Shown one piece after another: positions 19,473 to 29,294 of a DNA stretch of 64,000 nt; positions within the stretch are counted from its first letter, which is position 1; each line of letters begins with the position of its first letter. Position numbers and translations under genes: made by a program. The stretch lies in the NCBI GenBank assembly GCA_965221905.1, contig OZ244922.1, positions 2,592,001 through 2,656,000 on the forward strand, read 5' to 3'. The notes under the pieces are model-generated. The model worked only from the letters and a program-made list of their open reading frames with translations, searched no databases and was not told the DNA's origin. The DNA comes from Chloroflexota bacterium. GTDB lineage: Bacteria; Chloroflexota; UBA11872; VXOZ01.

Positions 19473-19757
19473 ATGAGCGTCAGCTTCGATTGGAGCACGG
19501 AGAAGAACCAATGGCTCATCGAGCAGCGGGGACTCTCGTTCGAGCGCGTGGTCTCCGCCATCGAACAGGGCGGCTTGGTAGACGTGCTGGACCACCCAAA
19601 CCAGGATCGCTACCCGGGGCAAATGATTTATGTCGTGGAAATAGATGAGTACCTTCATCTTGTGCCATTCGTCACGCAGGCTGACGGCACGCGCTTTCTA
19701 AAGACGATTATTCCCAGCCGGAAGTCGATGAGAGACTATCGGAGGAGGTTACCGTGA
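19473..19757 (+). CDS. BrnT-like type II toxin
   Basis: FDWSTEKNQWLIEQRGLSFE..HPNQDRYPGQ..YLHLVPFV..FLKTIIPSRK. Confidence 0.85.
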   Translation: MSVSFDWSTEKNQWLIEQRGLSFERVVSAIEQGGLVDVLDHPNQDRYPGQMIYVVEIDEYLHLVPFVTQADGTRFLKTIIPSRKSMRDYRRRLP

Positions 19758-20029
19758 ACGACGAGATAAGCGCGGAAGAGCGTGACATTCTCGCTCGATT
19801 CGAGCGGGGCGAGTTGCGTTCCGCGCCTGACGCTGAACGCGAGGTCGAGACCGCCCGTCAGGCGGCGCGCAATACCTTCAATAAGACCAAGCGGGTGAAC
19901 TTGCGCGTAACTGTGCGCGACTTCAACCTCGCCCATTCCCGCGCCAGGGAAGAGGGCATACCCTATCAAACCCTGCTTTCCAGCGTGATTCATAAATACC
20001 TCTCCGGTCGACTGACCGAGAAACGATAA
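19754..20029 (+). CDS. Cognate antitoxin (BrnA/CopG-like ribbon-helix-helix)
   Basis: KTKRVNLRV..AREEGIPYQTLLSSVIHKY; GTGA overlap with toxin stop; RBS GGAGG. Confidence 0.85.
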   Translation: MNDEISAEERDILARFERGELRSAPDAEREVETARQAARNTFNKTKRVNLRVTVRDFNLAHSRAREEGIPYQTLLSSVIHKYLSGRLTEKR

Positions 20030-20303
20030 ACGCGAGGTCATAGCGGGTGCGGCAGCCTGTTGATGGGCTGGTCCCTTGCTTCCCTATGGGGCAGTCCGTG
20101 GCTTCCAATGTTGCACGGCTTCAAGCACGCGCCCAATCGTCTATCCCCTCAGACGCAAACTTCGCCCCGGGACCATAGGTAGGAGCCTCTGGCTGATATA
20201 CTGACATTAGAGAAGGAGACCTCAGCCGTGCCGGGAGAGATAGTGGGAGACCTCGAAAGCAGCGCAAACCAAAAATAAGAATATGTGAAAGATTGCCTAT
20301 CCA

Positions 20304-20807
20304 ATGGCCGTGAAGAGTAGAGTATTCTTCAGTTTTCATTACGAAGCCGATGCCTGACGTACAGCCCAAATCCGAAATGCCGGTGTCGTTGAAGGCAATG
20401 AGCCGCTTTCGGATAATGACTGGGAAACTGTCGCTCGGAGTGGTGATGCCGCAATCAGTACATGGATTGATTACCAACTGAATGGAAAGTCTTGCGCTAT
20501 TGTCATGATAGGCAGCAAGACGGCCGGCCGTAAGTGGATCGACTATGAGATTGAGAAAGCCTGGAATGATGGGAAGGGATTGTTGGGCATTTATGTCCAC
20601 AAGCTTAAAAACCGGAATGGGTACCAAGCAAGAAAAGGTCGTAACCCGTTTGAGCATTTCAGTCTTGGGAGCACAAGCCTTTCAACCGTTGTTAGAGCCT
20701 ACGATCCGCCATACTTTCAAAGTACAGACGTTTACGCATACATTACGGAAAACATAGCTAGTTGGGTAGAAGAGGCCATTGGAATTAGGGAGAACCACAG
20801 GGGGTAG
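20304..20807 (+). pseudogene. TIR-domain protein (ThsB/MTH538-like) with premature TGA at 20355-20357
   Basis: MAVKSRVFFSFHYEADA*RTAQIRNAGVVEGN..SDNDWE..WIDYQLNGKSCAIVMIGSKTAGRKWIDYEIEKAWNDGKGLLGI. Confidence 0.88.
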
Positions 20808-20811
20808 GGTG

Positions 20812-21270
20812 ATGAGCAGTCAGCAACAATTAGGTGCAGACTCTTCTGCCATTCAGACCCACCTAAACATCATGCAAGACGTAATTCGGCGCATGGCGGA
20901 GAACAGCCGCTCGTGCAAAGTGTGGTGCGTCACATTGGTTTCTGCCACTCTGGTCTTGGTGACGAGAACTGAGAACCCGAACCATGCCTTGATTGCTCTA
21001 GTTCCCGCTCTCCTCTTTTATATTCTCGACGCCTACTATCTGGCCTTAGAGCGGTCCTTTATCAAATCATACGACACGTTTGTGGCTAGCTTGCACGAGG
21101 GCAGTTTGGCTTCATCGGCCGTCTACGCGATCAAGCCAACCGGTATGGGGTGGAGAGCAGTTGTTTGGTGTTTCCGGTCTTTCGCGACGCTGCCTTTTTA
21201 CGCTCTATTGACTGTCACTATTGTGCTTGCCTGGTTGGTGATCTTGCCGTCAAGCATAGCCGGAGGGTGA
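20812..21270 (+). CDS. Small membrane protein (2-3 TM) of a type often found next to TIR genes
   Basis: HLNIMQDVIRRMAENS..KVWCVTLVSA..FYILDAYYLALERSF; intact ORF between two TIR genes. Confidence 0.75.
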   Translation: MSSQQQLGADSSAIQTHLNIMQDVIRRMAENSRSCKVWCVTLVSATLVLVTRTENPNHALIALVPALLFYILDAYYLALERSFIKSYDTFVASLHEGSLASSAVYAIKPTGMGWRAVVWCFRSFATLPFYALLTVTIVLAWLVILPSSIAGG

Positions 21271-21278
21271 GACGAGAC

Positions 21279-21848
21279 ATGGCGAGGCAAGAAATACCGA
21301 GGCACAGGGTCTTCATTAGCTATCATGATAAAGATCGAAAATGGATGGAGCAATTTGTCAGGCAGATGGGCGCACAAATCGTCGACAGATCAGTGAAAGT
21401 CAACAGTATTGACGACCGCAACATCAAGACAGAGACAATTCGACAACAAATACGTGACGACAATTTGAGAGATTCCACCGTCACAATTGTGCTGATAGTC
21501 CCCTGTACGTGGCAGCGAAAGCATGTGGATTGGGAAATAGGTTCTAGTCTTAGAGACACAAAGAAGAACCCAAGAAGTGGACTGCTGGGCATAATCCTTC
21601 CCAACCACCCCAGCTACAAGAGGAAGAACTTTAACCCTCGGCTGTTGCCATCTAGGCTGGCGGATAACTTGGACGGAGAGGACGCCTAAGCGGTTGTTTA
21701 CAAGTGGCCGACTACCTGGGCGCCTGTTCGAATTCGAGGATGGATTCACCGAGCATTCGCGAGAAGGAAAGGCACACCTCCAAACAACAGCAGACTACCG
21801 TTCAAGCAGAATAGACGCACAAAATGCTCCGCTGGATGGAAGAATTAG
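21279..21848 (+). pseudogene. Second TIR-domain protein (ThsB/MTH538-like) with internal TAA at 21687-21689
   Basis: HRVFISYH..TIRQQIRDDNLRDSTVTIVLI..TWQRKHVDWEIGSSL..RSGLLGIILP..RLADN; plausible tail (WIHRAFARR..PNNSR) continues in frame after the stop. Confidence 0.8.
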
Positions 21849-22053
21849 GATGTGCTGGCAATGAAATATCGAGTAATAAATAACCCCATCCCACGCGCTC
21901 AACCCTCTACAAGCTTTCCAACGTAAAATGGCTTAGCAAATTGCCAGCCTAACCGGATGTATTGGAAATTGCAAGTCCCCGGCGAACGGTTGGGCATCAT
22001 GCCATGTCCGCAGTGCGTGCGTTTGACTCTTATCCGCCTTCGGAGGGTCTTCA

Positions 22054-23211
22054 ATGAAATCTAACTCTATTGGAATTCTCTTACTTGGTATCGGCATTTT
22101 GATTCTACTGATTGTGGCCGCTGGGTGTCAGACCGCGCCGGGAGCGTCGCAAGGCACGCAGGAAATCCCGTCCGGGCGGGAGCCGAATGCGGCGGTGAGT
22201 GGGTCGGTAACCTATCGGGAGCGGATTGCGCTGACGCCGGGGGCGAGTCTGGTGGTGGAGTTGCGGGACGTGTCATTGGCCGACGCTGCCGCGCCGTTAA
22301 TTGCGCGGCAGACCATTGCTAATCCGGGTCAAGTGCCGATCGATTTCAAGGTGGAGTATAGCCGCGACGACATCGATTCCCGGCACACCTATGCGATACA
22401 GGCCAGAATTGTCGAAGCCGACGGCCGCCTCGCCTTCATCAACGACACGGCACATCACGTGATAACCCGCGGGAATCCCAGCCGGGTAGACATGCTGCTG
22501 GTGCTGGTGCAGCCGCCGCCCGACCAGGTTGAAGAAGGCGTGGACTGGCGAGAGTGGGTGGAAGTCCCGGTGCCGGTGGTATGGGCGAGCCTCATACCGA
22601 ACGAGACGGAACACTTGCTACGGATTGCCTATTATCAGTCCACCATAGAAGGGTGCGCCCGCCCCGGAAACGAGGAACTTAGAGTAGACGGCAAAGACAT
22701 CGTTGCCACGGTTACATTGATGCAGCCGCCGCCAACCAAGTGGGCGATTCCCTGCCATAAGCAGGTGGTGGAACTCGACACCGTTCTGCCCATCCAGGCC
22801 TCGCTGGGACCCGGACAGTCTTACCGCGTGATCGTGAACGACCGCGTGACCGGCGCCTTCTCTCTGCCGCGACCCGAGCTCGAGGATACTGCCCTCGCCG
22901 AATCACCAATTGAAGATGTGGAGATTATGGTGCTGGAAGGCGACCCTAAGGAGTATCAACTGCGCATCGTGTCCGCCATGCCGCAAGGTAGTAGCTGCTC
23001 GCAGTTCAACGGTTACGAAATCCGGCGCAGCAAGTCCAATTCGATAGACATCATCGTTACTCACCACTACGTTGCAGCGAAGAATGTCATCTGCACCACC
23101 GACTATCCGATAGTGGAAACCATCGTCCCGCTGGGCTCCGAATTCGAGCCGGGTATGGAATACACCGTTAGCGTCAATGGAGACACTACCACATCATTCG
23201 TGGCCCGGTGA
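22054..23211 (+). CDS. YbaY/YscW-family lipoprotein with two additional Cys-containing domains
   Basis: Lipobox AAGC; VSGSVTYRERIALTP..LRDVSLADA..GQVPIDF. Confidence 0.8.
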   Translation: MKSNSIGILLLGIGILILLIVAAGCQTAPGASQGTQEIPSGREPNAAVSGSVTYRERIALTPGASLVVELRDVSLADAAAPLIARQTIANPGQVPIDFKVEYSRDDIDSRHTYAIQARIVEADGRLAFINDTAHHVITRGNPSRVDMLLVLVQPPPDQVEEGVDWREWVEVPVPVVWASLIPNETEHLLRIAYYQSTIEGCARPGNEELRVDGKDIVATVTLMQPPPTKWAIPCHKQVVELDTVLPIQASLGPGQSYRVIVNDRVTGAFSLPRPELEDTALAESPIEDVEIMVLEGDPKEYQLRIVSAMPQGSSCSQFNGYEIRRSKSNSIDIIVTHHYVAAKNVICTTDYPIVETIVPLGSEFEPGMEYTVSVNGDTTTSFVAR

Positions 23212-23604
23212 TTGAATCTTTCCCATTCGCGATTGCGTTACCAGCCTACCGAGATTCCAGCAAACGAGCTGACCGCGTTGCCATGCCACATCTTATTGGC
23301 GACAGCACGCCAACAGACAACGGTGCAAGAACCCAATTGGCCTTCCCATCTTCCAGAGTCCTGAGGGAGTAGGCGGTCCGTGCTTTATGCTCACTATCTC
23401 GATACTCCGTTGCGCTATAATCAGTCCATCTTGCTTTAGGGCTACTTATCCCGCATCCTGGCGGAGTTCCTCAACCCCAATCCAGCGCATTGACTGCACC
23501 AGTTCACAAATAGCAACAAACATGATGCCCGAATGCCTCATGTGCAAGGACTAGGGCAAAACCAACCAGCAGCGGCCCCACAACAAGGGGGCCAGGGAGG
23601 TCAC

Positions 23605-24195
23605 ATGACAGATCTTACGCAGTTCCCGGAACTCTACGTTCGGCAGGAAATCGAGCACCTTGAGGTCTTTACGGGCTTTGAGACCGCAAATCGCTATAGC
23701 GTGAGAACTCCCAGCGGTGAGCAACTCCTGTATGCCTTCGAGGAATCAAGCATGCTGGGTCGCAACATCCTCAAGTCGCACCGCCCCCTCAACATCCACG
23801 TCGTCGATAGAAACAACGCAAATGTGATTACAGCCAGCCGCAGCTTCTATTGGTTCTTCGCCCATTTGCACGTCAGCGACGGATCGGGACAGCGCATCGG
23901 CTCAATGCAGCGGCGGTTCTCTCTCTTGACCCGCCGCTTCGACCTGATGGACGCCGCCGGCCGACCGGTAGCCGAAATGCGCGGCCCGATATTTCGTCCC
24001 TTCACGTTTATGGTCTACCAGCAGGGGCAGGAAGTAGGCCGCGTCACGAAGCAGTGGAGCGGAGTCGGCAGAGAGATGTTCACCGACGCCGATACGTTCA
24101 AAGTGGAAGTGGACACCAGCCACGCCGACCAAGACTTCTCACTGCTCATGCTGGCCAGTGCCCTCGCGATTGATCTGGACTTCTTTGAAAAATAG
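23605..24195 (+). CDS. Phospholipid scramblase / LURP-one (Tubby C-terminal fold) protein
   Basis: EVFTGFETANRY, GRVTKQWSGVGREMFTDADTF, ALAIDLDFFE; RBS GGAGG. Confidence 0.85.
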   Translation: MTDLTQFPELYVRQEIEHLEVFTGFETANRYSVRTPSGEQLLYAFEESSMLGRNILKSHRPLNIHVVDRNNANVITASRSFYWFFAHLHVSDGSGQRIGSMQRRFSLLTRRFDLMDAAGRPVAEMRGPIFRPFTFMVYQQGQEVGRVTKQWSGVGREMFTDADTFKVEVDTSHADQDFSLLMLASALAIDLDFFEK

Positions 24196-24600
24196 TAAAG
24201 GGCACCCTTGGGACGAGTCCCAGGCGCGCTCATAGTCAGTTGACTAGATTGTCAGACTGACGACCAGTCCGCCGCGACGGCCAGATCAACGCGAGTGGGC
24301 CACCCTCCATGGCGAGGCGTGACATGCTTGGGGAGTAGGGTAGCTGGAAGAGTGTGTGGGGCAATGGCTCCGACAGTATAGCGGTTCTTCGGTTGAGGTG
24401 TAGTGAACTACAAGCCTCGATCTGTTCTTGGTGGTTCGAATCTAGCCTGGCGCATCCGGATTGGGATTCTGATGTCGCACTGGCACTGTCATGCTCTAAG
24501 AGCTAGTGAATGCATGGTTTCAATTCAAGGGTACCATAGCCTATACTGGGTTAGTAGTGATGGAGCAACTTCCGCTTCTATTCTCTTTGGGAGGTGCCCA

Positions 24601-25989
24601 GTGCCTATTACTAGCCTTAGCTTCACCAACGTCGGCCCATTTGACGAGGTCGAATTCTCCTTTGACTCGCAGGTCAACATCTTCACCGGACCGAATAATT
24701 CTGGGAAGTCGTCGGCGTTGTGGGTGCTTGGAGATATCGCAGTCTTTCCCTTCTTATTCCCCAAAAAACTTATGAGAACGGGAAAAGACTCTACGTTTGA
24801 ATTTCATATACGGGGTGACTCTGATCACAATTTTAATGGTCACCTGCCGATCTACGCCGCCTCACCCGACAGTGTCAAGGGATACTGGACTACAGAGCGC
24901 TGGTCCCAATACATTGGTGTCCTGAAGGTGATTGGATATTCAAAATTCATTCCGGCATTGCGACGGAGTACCGATTTCAGATCGCCGGGGCCGACAGTAG
25001 TGAAAAGAGAGCATGTTGAGGGGGAGCAACTGTCGTTGTTGGGCGGCCCCAAGTCTCGTTTGCAACACCTCCCTACGAAGTTGGCTAGAGATCTGGGAAG
25101 AGCCGAACACCAGCAAGACCCTGAGTTGAAAAAACGGCTTGCACTGATCTCCGACGACCCCTCTCTGATCAGCGACGAGGCTGTCATACAGAAAATTGTC
25201 GAACTGGACTACCGATCCTACTTGAAGCAAAAACCAGAATTGCGCAATATTATTGACAAGATCGCAGAGGTGGCTTCCGATATTGCCAAGGGCTTTCCAA
25301 TCGAGTTCCGAGGTGTAGATGAGGATGCCAGTGGTTTTTTCCCCGAATTTACTACACTGGATGGGACCATCCCCCTCAACACCATGAGCCAAGGGACCCA
25401 ATCTCTAGTCCAATGGTTAGCGCACCTGTTAATTGGCTATGGAGAGTACTATGACTTTCCTGAGAATCTGGAAGCCTTGCCAGGAATCCTGATTGTCGAC
25501 GAAATAGATGCCCATCTACACCCCTCCTGGCAGCAGCGCATCATTCCTACTCTAACCCGTCACTTTCCCAACCTTCAGATCTTTTGCTCCACCCATTCTC
25601 CCTTGATGTTGGCAGGCCTTAAAGAGGGACAGGTCCAACTTCTGCAACGAGATGAAAAGGGGAAGGTGACCGTATCGAGAAACGAAGTTGACATAGTTGG
25701 TTGGTCGGCAGACGAAATCCTGCGCAGCTATTTGGGCGTGGCTGACCCTACCGATTTGGACACGGTTGGCCACCTCGAGAGACTTCAAGAGTTGCGGGGC
25801 AAAGAAGGATTGTCCTCAGAGGAAGCACAGGAGTTGGAAATGCTGCGCCACGCAGTTAGGCGAGACTTGCTGAGTGGCCCGATGTCCGCTCAGATAGAGC
25901 GCTTTGATGAGGAACTAATGCGATCCAAAAGAGAATTCAGTCTTAGAGAAAAACCACTTTCTTCCTCTAGAGAATCACCAAGTGACTGA
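24601..25989 (+). CDS. ABC/AAA_21-type ATPase (PtuA/Septu-like)
   Basis: Walker A GPNNSGKS, signature MSQGTQS, Walker B/D-loop LIVDEIDAHLHPSWQ, H-loop STHSP; GTG start after GGAGGTG. Confidence 0.88.
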   Translation: MPITSLSFTNVGPFDEVEFSFDSQVNIFTGPNNSGKSSALWVLGDIAVFPFLFPKKLMRTGKDSTFEFHIRGDSDHNFNGHLPIYAASPDSVKGYWTTERWSQYIGVLKVIGYSKFIPALRRSTDFRSPGPTVVKREHVEGEQLSLLGGPKSRLQHLPTKLARDLGRAEHQQDPELKKRLALISDDPSLISDEAVIQKIVELDYRSYLKQKPELRNIIDKIAEVASDIAKGFPIEFRGVDEDASGFFPEFTTLDGTIPLNTMSQGTQSLVQWLAHLLIGYGEYYDFPENLEALPGILIVDEIDAHLHPSWQQRIIPTLTRHFPNLQIFCSTHSPLMLAGLKEGQVQLLQRDEKGKVTVSRNEVDIVGWSADEILRSYLGVADPTDLDTVGHLERLQELRGKEGLSSEEAQELEMLRHAVRRDLLSGPMSAQIERFDEELMRSKREFSLREKPLSSSRESPSD

Positions 25990-26006
25990 AGGACGCCAAG
26001 CTAATA

Positions 26007-26678
26007 ATGCACTGGATTGACCGTGGTCCTGAGCCGGATGGGATAGTACAGATCCATGCTCGTTACACACAGAGTTGGGTTCAACACTACAGGCATCGCG
26101 TTGGACGTAAACCGAGTGATAACTACTGGCGTGACTTCCATAACGACATGGAGCGAGTCTTTTGCGGCCTTTGTGCTTACTGTGAGGAGTTATGCAAGGG
26201 GGAAGTTGACCATTTCCGCCCCAAGAGTCGCTTCCCTGAGTTGGTCTATACTTGGTCCAATTGGCTTTTTGCCTGTCATGACTGTAATCAGGCCAAAGGC
26301 GGGAGGTGGCCTACAGAAGGTTTTGTTGACCCATGTGCAACTTCCAAGCAATCCCACCCTGAAAGCTACTTCGAATTTGATGTTCTAACGGCAGAAGTGC
26401 TTCCCAGAGAAGGCTTAAGCCAGTCGCGCCGCAATAGAGCGCAAAAGACAATTACAGACCTTCGGCTCAATGGGCGGCATCACCTAAGAAAAAGGCTCGC
26501 ATGGCTTCTGTTGCTATCTGATAGTCTCACAAGTGATGCAACTGCCGAAACCCCCGATAAGAAGAGTTTTCGCGACCATTTTGCATCGCGTGGAACACAG
26601 CTATCCAGCATCACACGGGCTTGGTTGTCGCAACGGGGTTTTTCAATAGACAATCGAAGTAAATTACAGAACTCCTAA
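26007..26678 (+). CDS. HNH endonuclease (PtuB/Septu-like)
   Basis: CAYCE..VDHFRPKSRFPEL..WSNWLFACHDCNQAK; 17 bp after the ATPase. Confidence 0.88.
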   Translation: MHWIDRGPEPDGIVQIHARYTQSWVQHYRHRVGRKPSDNYWRDFHNDMERVFCGLCAYCEELCKGEVDHFRPKSRFPELVYTWSNWLFACHDCNQAKGGRWPTEGFVDPCATSKQSHPESYFEFDVLTAEVLPREGLSQSRRNRAQKTITDLRLNGRHHLRKRLAWLLLLSDSLTSDATAETPDKKSFRDHFASRGTQLSSITRAWLSQRGFSIDNRSKLQNS

Positions 26679-27093
26679 TTGATTAGTGGTGAACTTGGCG
26701 GGGTTGCAAGCTTTCGCCGCGGTCAGTGCGTTCAACAGCGGAAGCATTCACCGCAGGCCCTCATTCCAAGAGCAAAGCCACAGAAAATTCGTAGAACAGT
26801 CCCCCCTAGTCTCACTGAACTACGTAAGCCCAAAAGCCCTAGTATTGGGGTCTAGCCTAGCGGTGCAGAGAAGGGGTTATATCGACGCTTCGAGCTACTG
26901 TTGTTAGAAGAGTCAGTTTTGCCCAGAGTCTTCCCGTCTGCGCTCACAACTGTTTCATATACGGTCATCTCTCCAGGCCTTGGCAGACCCTAACTTCCTC
27001 TAGCCCGTGCGGGTCATTGATGCACGAGAACCAATTGGCGCGCTCGTGTAACCCGACAGTTCTGCGGCAAAGAGCCATGGGACGGCGCCGGCA

Positions 27094-27252
27094 CTAGCCA
27101 CCTAATGGAACTACCTTCACGCCCTCGATCCTACCAACATCTGTGAAGCACCACACGCCGACGTGGCCGCGCAGCAGGTCTCCGTTCTCGTCCCAGTCCA
27201 GAGTTGTGGAAGTGCCTTAGTAGTAGATCTCGCCCTCACTCTCCAGCACCTC
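27094..27252 (-). pseudogene. Possible C-terminal remnant of an ABC substrate-binding protein
   Basis: GEIYY*GTSTTLDWDENGDLLRGHVGVWCFT resembles the C-terminus of branched-chain-type binding proteins; recall only. Confidence 0.35.
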
Positions 27253-28072
27253 ATGGCTTCGTTCCCATGCATTCGCCAAAGGCAAGTGCTGCAAAGCATC
27301 CGGGCGTATCTCTCCACTCCTCGAGGTCACTGCGCCATTCGTCGAATTGCTCGCGCGTGGCCAGACCATACTTTATCGCCGCCGCCACGACAGCAGGCGC
27401 ATGGAACCAGTCCAATACAAACTGAAAGAAAAAAACAACATCCTGAGGCGTGCCAAACGAGTCGAAGGAAGCGCTTGCCCGTACGTCAGCAAAGCCCGCC
27501 TCAAGAAAGTGATTCCTTAGCTCTTTTCCTATTTCGGGATGACCGCCATTGCCCGCGAGCAATCTCGCAAACGTGTTCCATGCAGGGCGAGTTTTTTCCT
27601 CACGCGGCTCAAAAAACGATGCGGAGACAATGAGCTCTCGACTAAAGATGAGGCCGCCCGGTTTCAAGACCCGTTTTGCCTCCCTTAGCACCGCAGCGGT
27701 ATCGGGGACGTGCGTGAGCACGGTGTGGCAAAAGGAAACGTCGAAGTAGCCGTCTTCAAAAGGCAGCTTGGTCACGTCGCCCACGTGAAACGTGGCGTTA
27801 TCGTGACCGCCGCCCTTGGCCGCCGAACGGGCAATGGCAATCTGGGATTCTTCCATATCAACACCGTGAAACTCTCCGGGTTCCACCGCCCTGGCGAGAC
27901 CCATCGAAATCGTCCCCGGTCCACAGCCAAAGTCCAGCAGGCGCTGGCCCGACTTGAGGTGGGGAAGCAGCCTCGCAGCGTTTGTCTGGGCGCTGCGTCT
28001 ATCGAGAAGCTGAGTAAACTCTTCTCCATATCCCATAGTGTAAGAGGATTGACCCGTAGCCTGATCCGACAT
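27251..28072 (-). CDS. Class I SAM-dependent methyltransferase (UbiE-like)
   Basis: LLDFGCGPGTI, GDVTKLPF, RVLKPGG. Confidence 0.92.
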   Translation of the reverse strand: MSDQATGQSSYTMGYGEEFTQLLDRRSAQTNAARLLPHLKSGQRLLDFGCGPGTISMGLARAVEPGEFHGVDMEESQIAIARSAAKGGGHDNATFHVGDVTKLPFEDGYFDVSFCHTVLTHVPDTAAVLREAKRVLKPGGLIFSRELIVSASFFEPREEKTRPAWNTFARLLAGNGGHPEIGKELRNHFLEAGFADVRASASFDSFGTPQDVVFFFQFVLDWFHAPAVVAAAIKYGLATREQFDEWRSDLEEWRDTPGCFAALAFGECMGTKP

Positions 28073-28583
28073 AGCTCGCGCTCCTTTGCAGCTCGCTACA
28101 AGATTAGCTCGAAGGACAATGGGTACGCTAGAAGATGCAACTATCTTAAGTGTTGCCTCTCATTCTGTCTATGCCTTATGCCGTGGTTACAGCGTATCCG
28201 CTTCAGCAGAACGCCAGCCGATCCTGGGCCGCCACCTATTTCCTTTGATGTGAAGAAGACACGGATAGACAACGATCTGAAGCTCGTCTACACTCCGATA
28301 ATCCGCAACAGTGCGCAGTTGCAGAATGTAGTCTCGCGCGGCGATTACAAATGCGGTAGACTGATTCTTAGGGGGAAGTGCGGCCTCTCCAGAGTTGCGC
28401 AGCTTGCCGGAAGTGCCTCCATTAGGGAATCTCTCTCGTGAATGGATCGAAGCACTATGGTTATGGTGTTTTTGCAGGAACTGCCGGCCCCTCATTCTCC
28501 CGCAAATCCTCGTCTGAAGTGGGACAGCGAGTCAAACTGCAACACTCTGCGTTGGCACACAGCAACTTACTTGGGAGGAATCC

Positions 28584-29006
28584 ATGCCGCTCAATGTGTA
28601 TCTGACCTTCGAAGACAACTGCCGTGAGGTATTCGATTTCTACCGTTCCGTCTTTGGCGGCGAGTACTTGATCATTCAGACATTTGGGGACGGACCCGCC
28701 GATATGGGGATACTGGACTCGGAACGGGACAGGATCATGCACGCGACTATTTCTATCGGGGACAGCTTCCTTATGGGCAGCGACTCGGCATCCAGTTTCG
28801 CGCCCCCACCAACCGTGGGCGACAACTTCTCCCTCTCCTATACGTCGTCGAGCAGAGAAGAGGCCGATGAGTTGTTCGCCAAGCTGTCCACTGACGGTAC
28901 GGTAACCATGCCGCTGCAAGAAACCTTTTGGGGGTCGTATTTTGGTTCCTGCACCGACAAGTTCGGCATCAATTGGCAATTGGACCACGAATTGACCGTG
29001 GAGTGA
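28584..29006 (+). CDS. VOC/PhnB family protein
   Basis: YLTFEDNCRE..FYRSVFGG..IMHATI..LMGSD..MPLQETFWG..DKFGINW; RBS GGAGG. Confidence 0.92.
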   Translation: MPLNVYLTFEDNCREVFDFYRSVFGGEYLIIQTFGDGPADMGILDSERDRIMHATISIGDSFLMGSDSASSFAPPPTVGDNFSLSYTSSSREEADELFAKLSTDGTVTMPLQETFWGSYFGSCTDKFGINWQLDHELTVE

Positions 29007-29294
29007 TGCGGGTAAACGACAAGATATACGTCCCGTTGGCATCCTGTTTGCTTTGCGGAAGTCTGAAGTGGAAGGCGAACTGTAACCCAGCTAACTTTGT
29101 GCTGACTTGAGAATTGTAATGCGTCTAAGAAGGCCCAAGCAGCTACATATCACATGACGCCATAGGCAGGAACACTATAGACGAATGGGCCCAACGAGAT
29201 CCGAATATAAGAGTGGTCGCTGGAGTTCCACCGACACTGTTGGCCAAGAACAAGACAGGAGTATCTCATTCGACACCTCTTAGCGACCCTCGCT

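Noticed and set aside
20121-20657. 178-aa minus-strand ORF
   Set aside because: Antisense shadow of the TIR pseudogene, with no recognisable motifs
12934-21689. Stop-codon recoding (Pyl, Sec or TGA=Trp) to explain in-frame stops
   Set aside because: The stops are of all three types (TAG 12934, TAA 13713, TGA 20355, TAA 21687), occur alongside frameshifted remnants, and all three codons terminate core genes normally; decay is the simpler explanation
24357-24450. Second tRNA or attR copy suggested by GGTTCGAATC
   Set aside because: T-stem is mismatched, there are no acceptor or anticodon arms, and it does not match the tRNA-Ala 3' end
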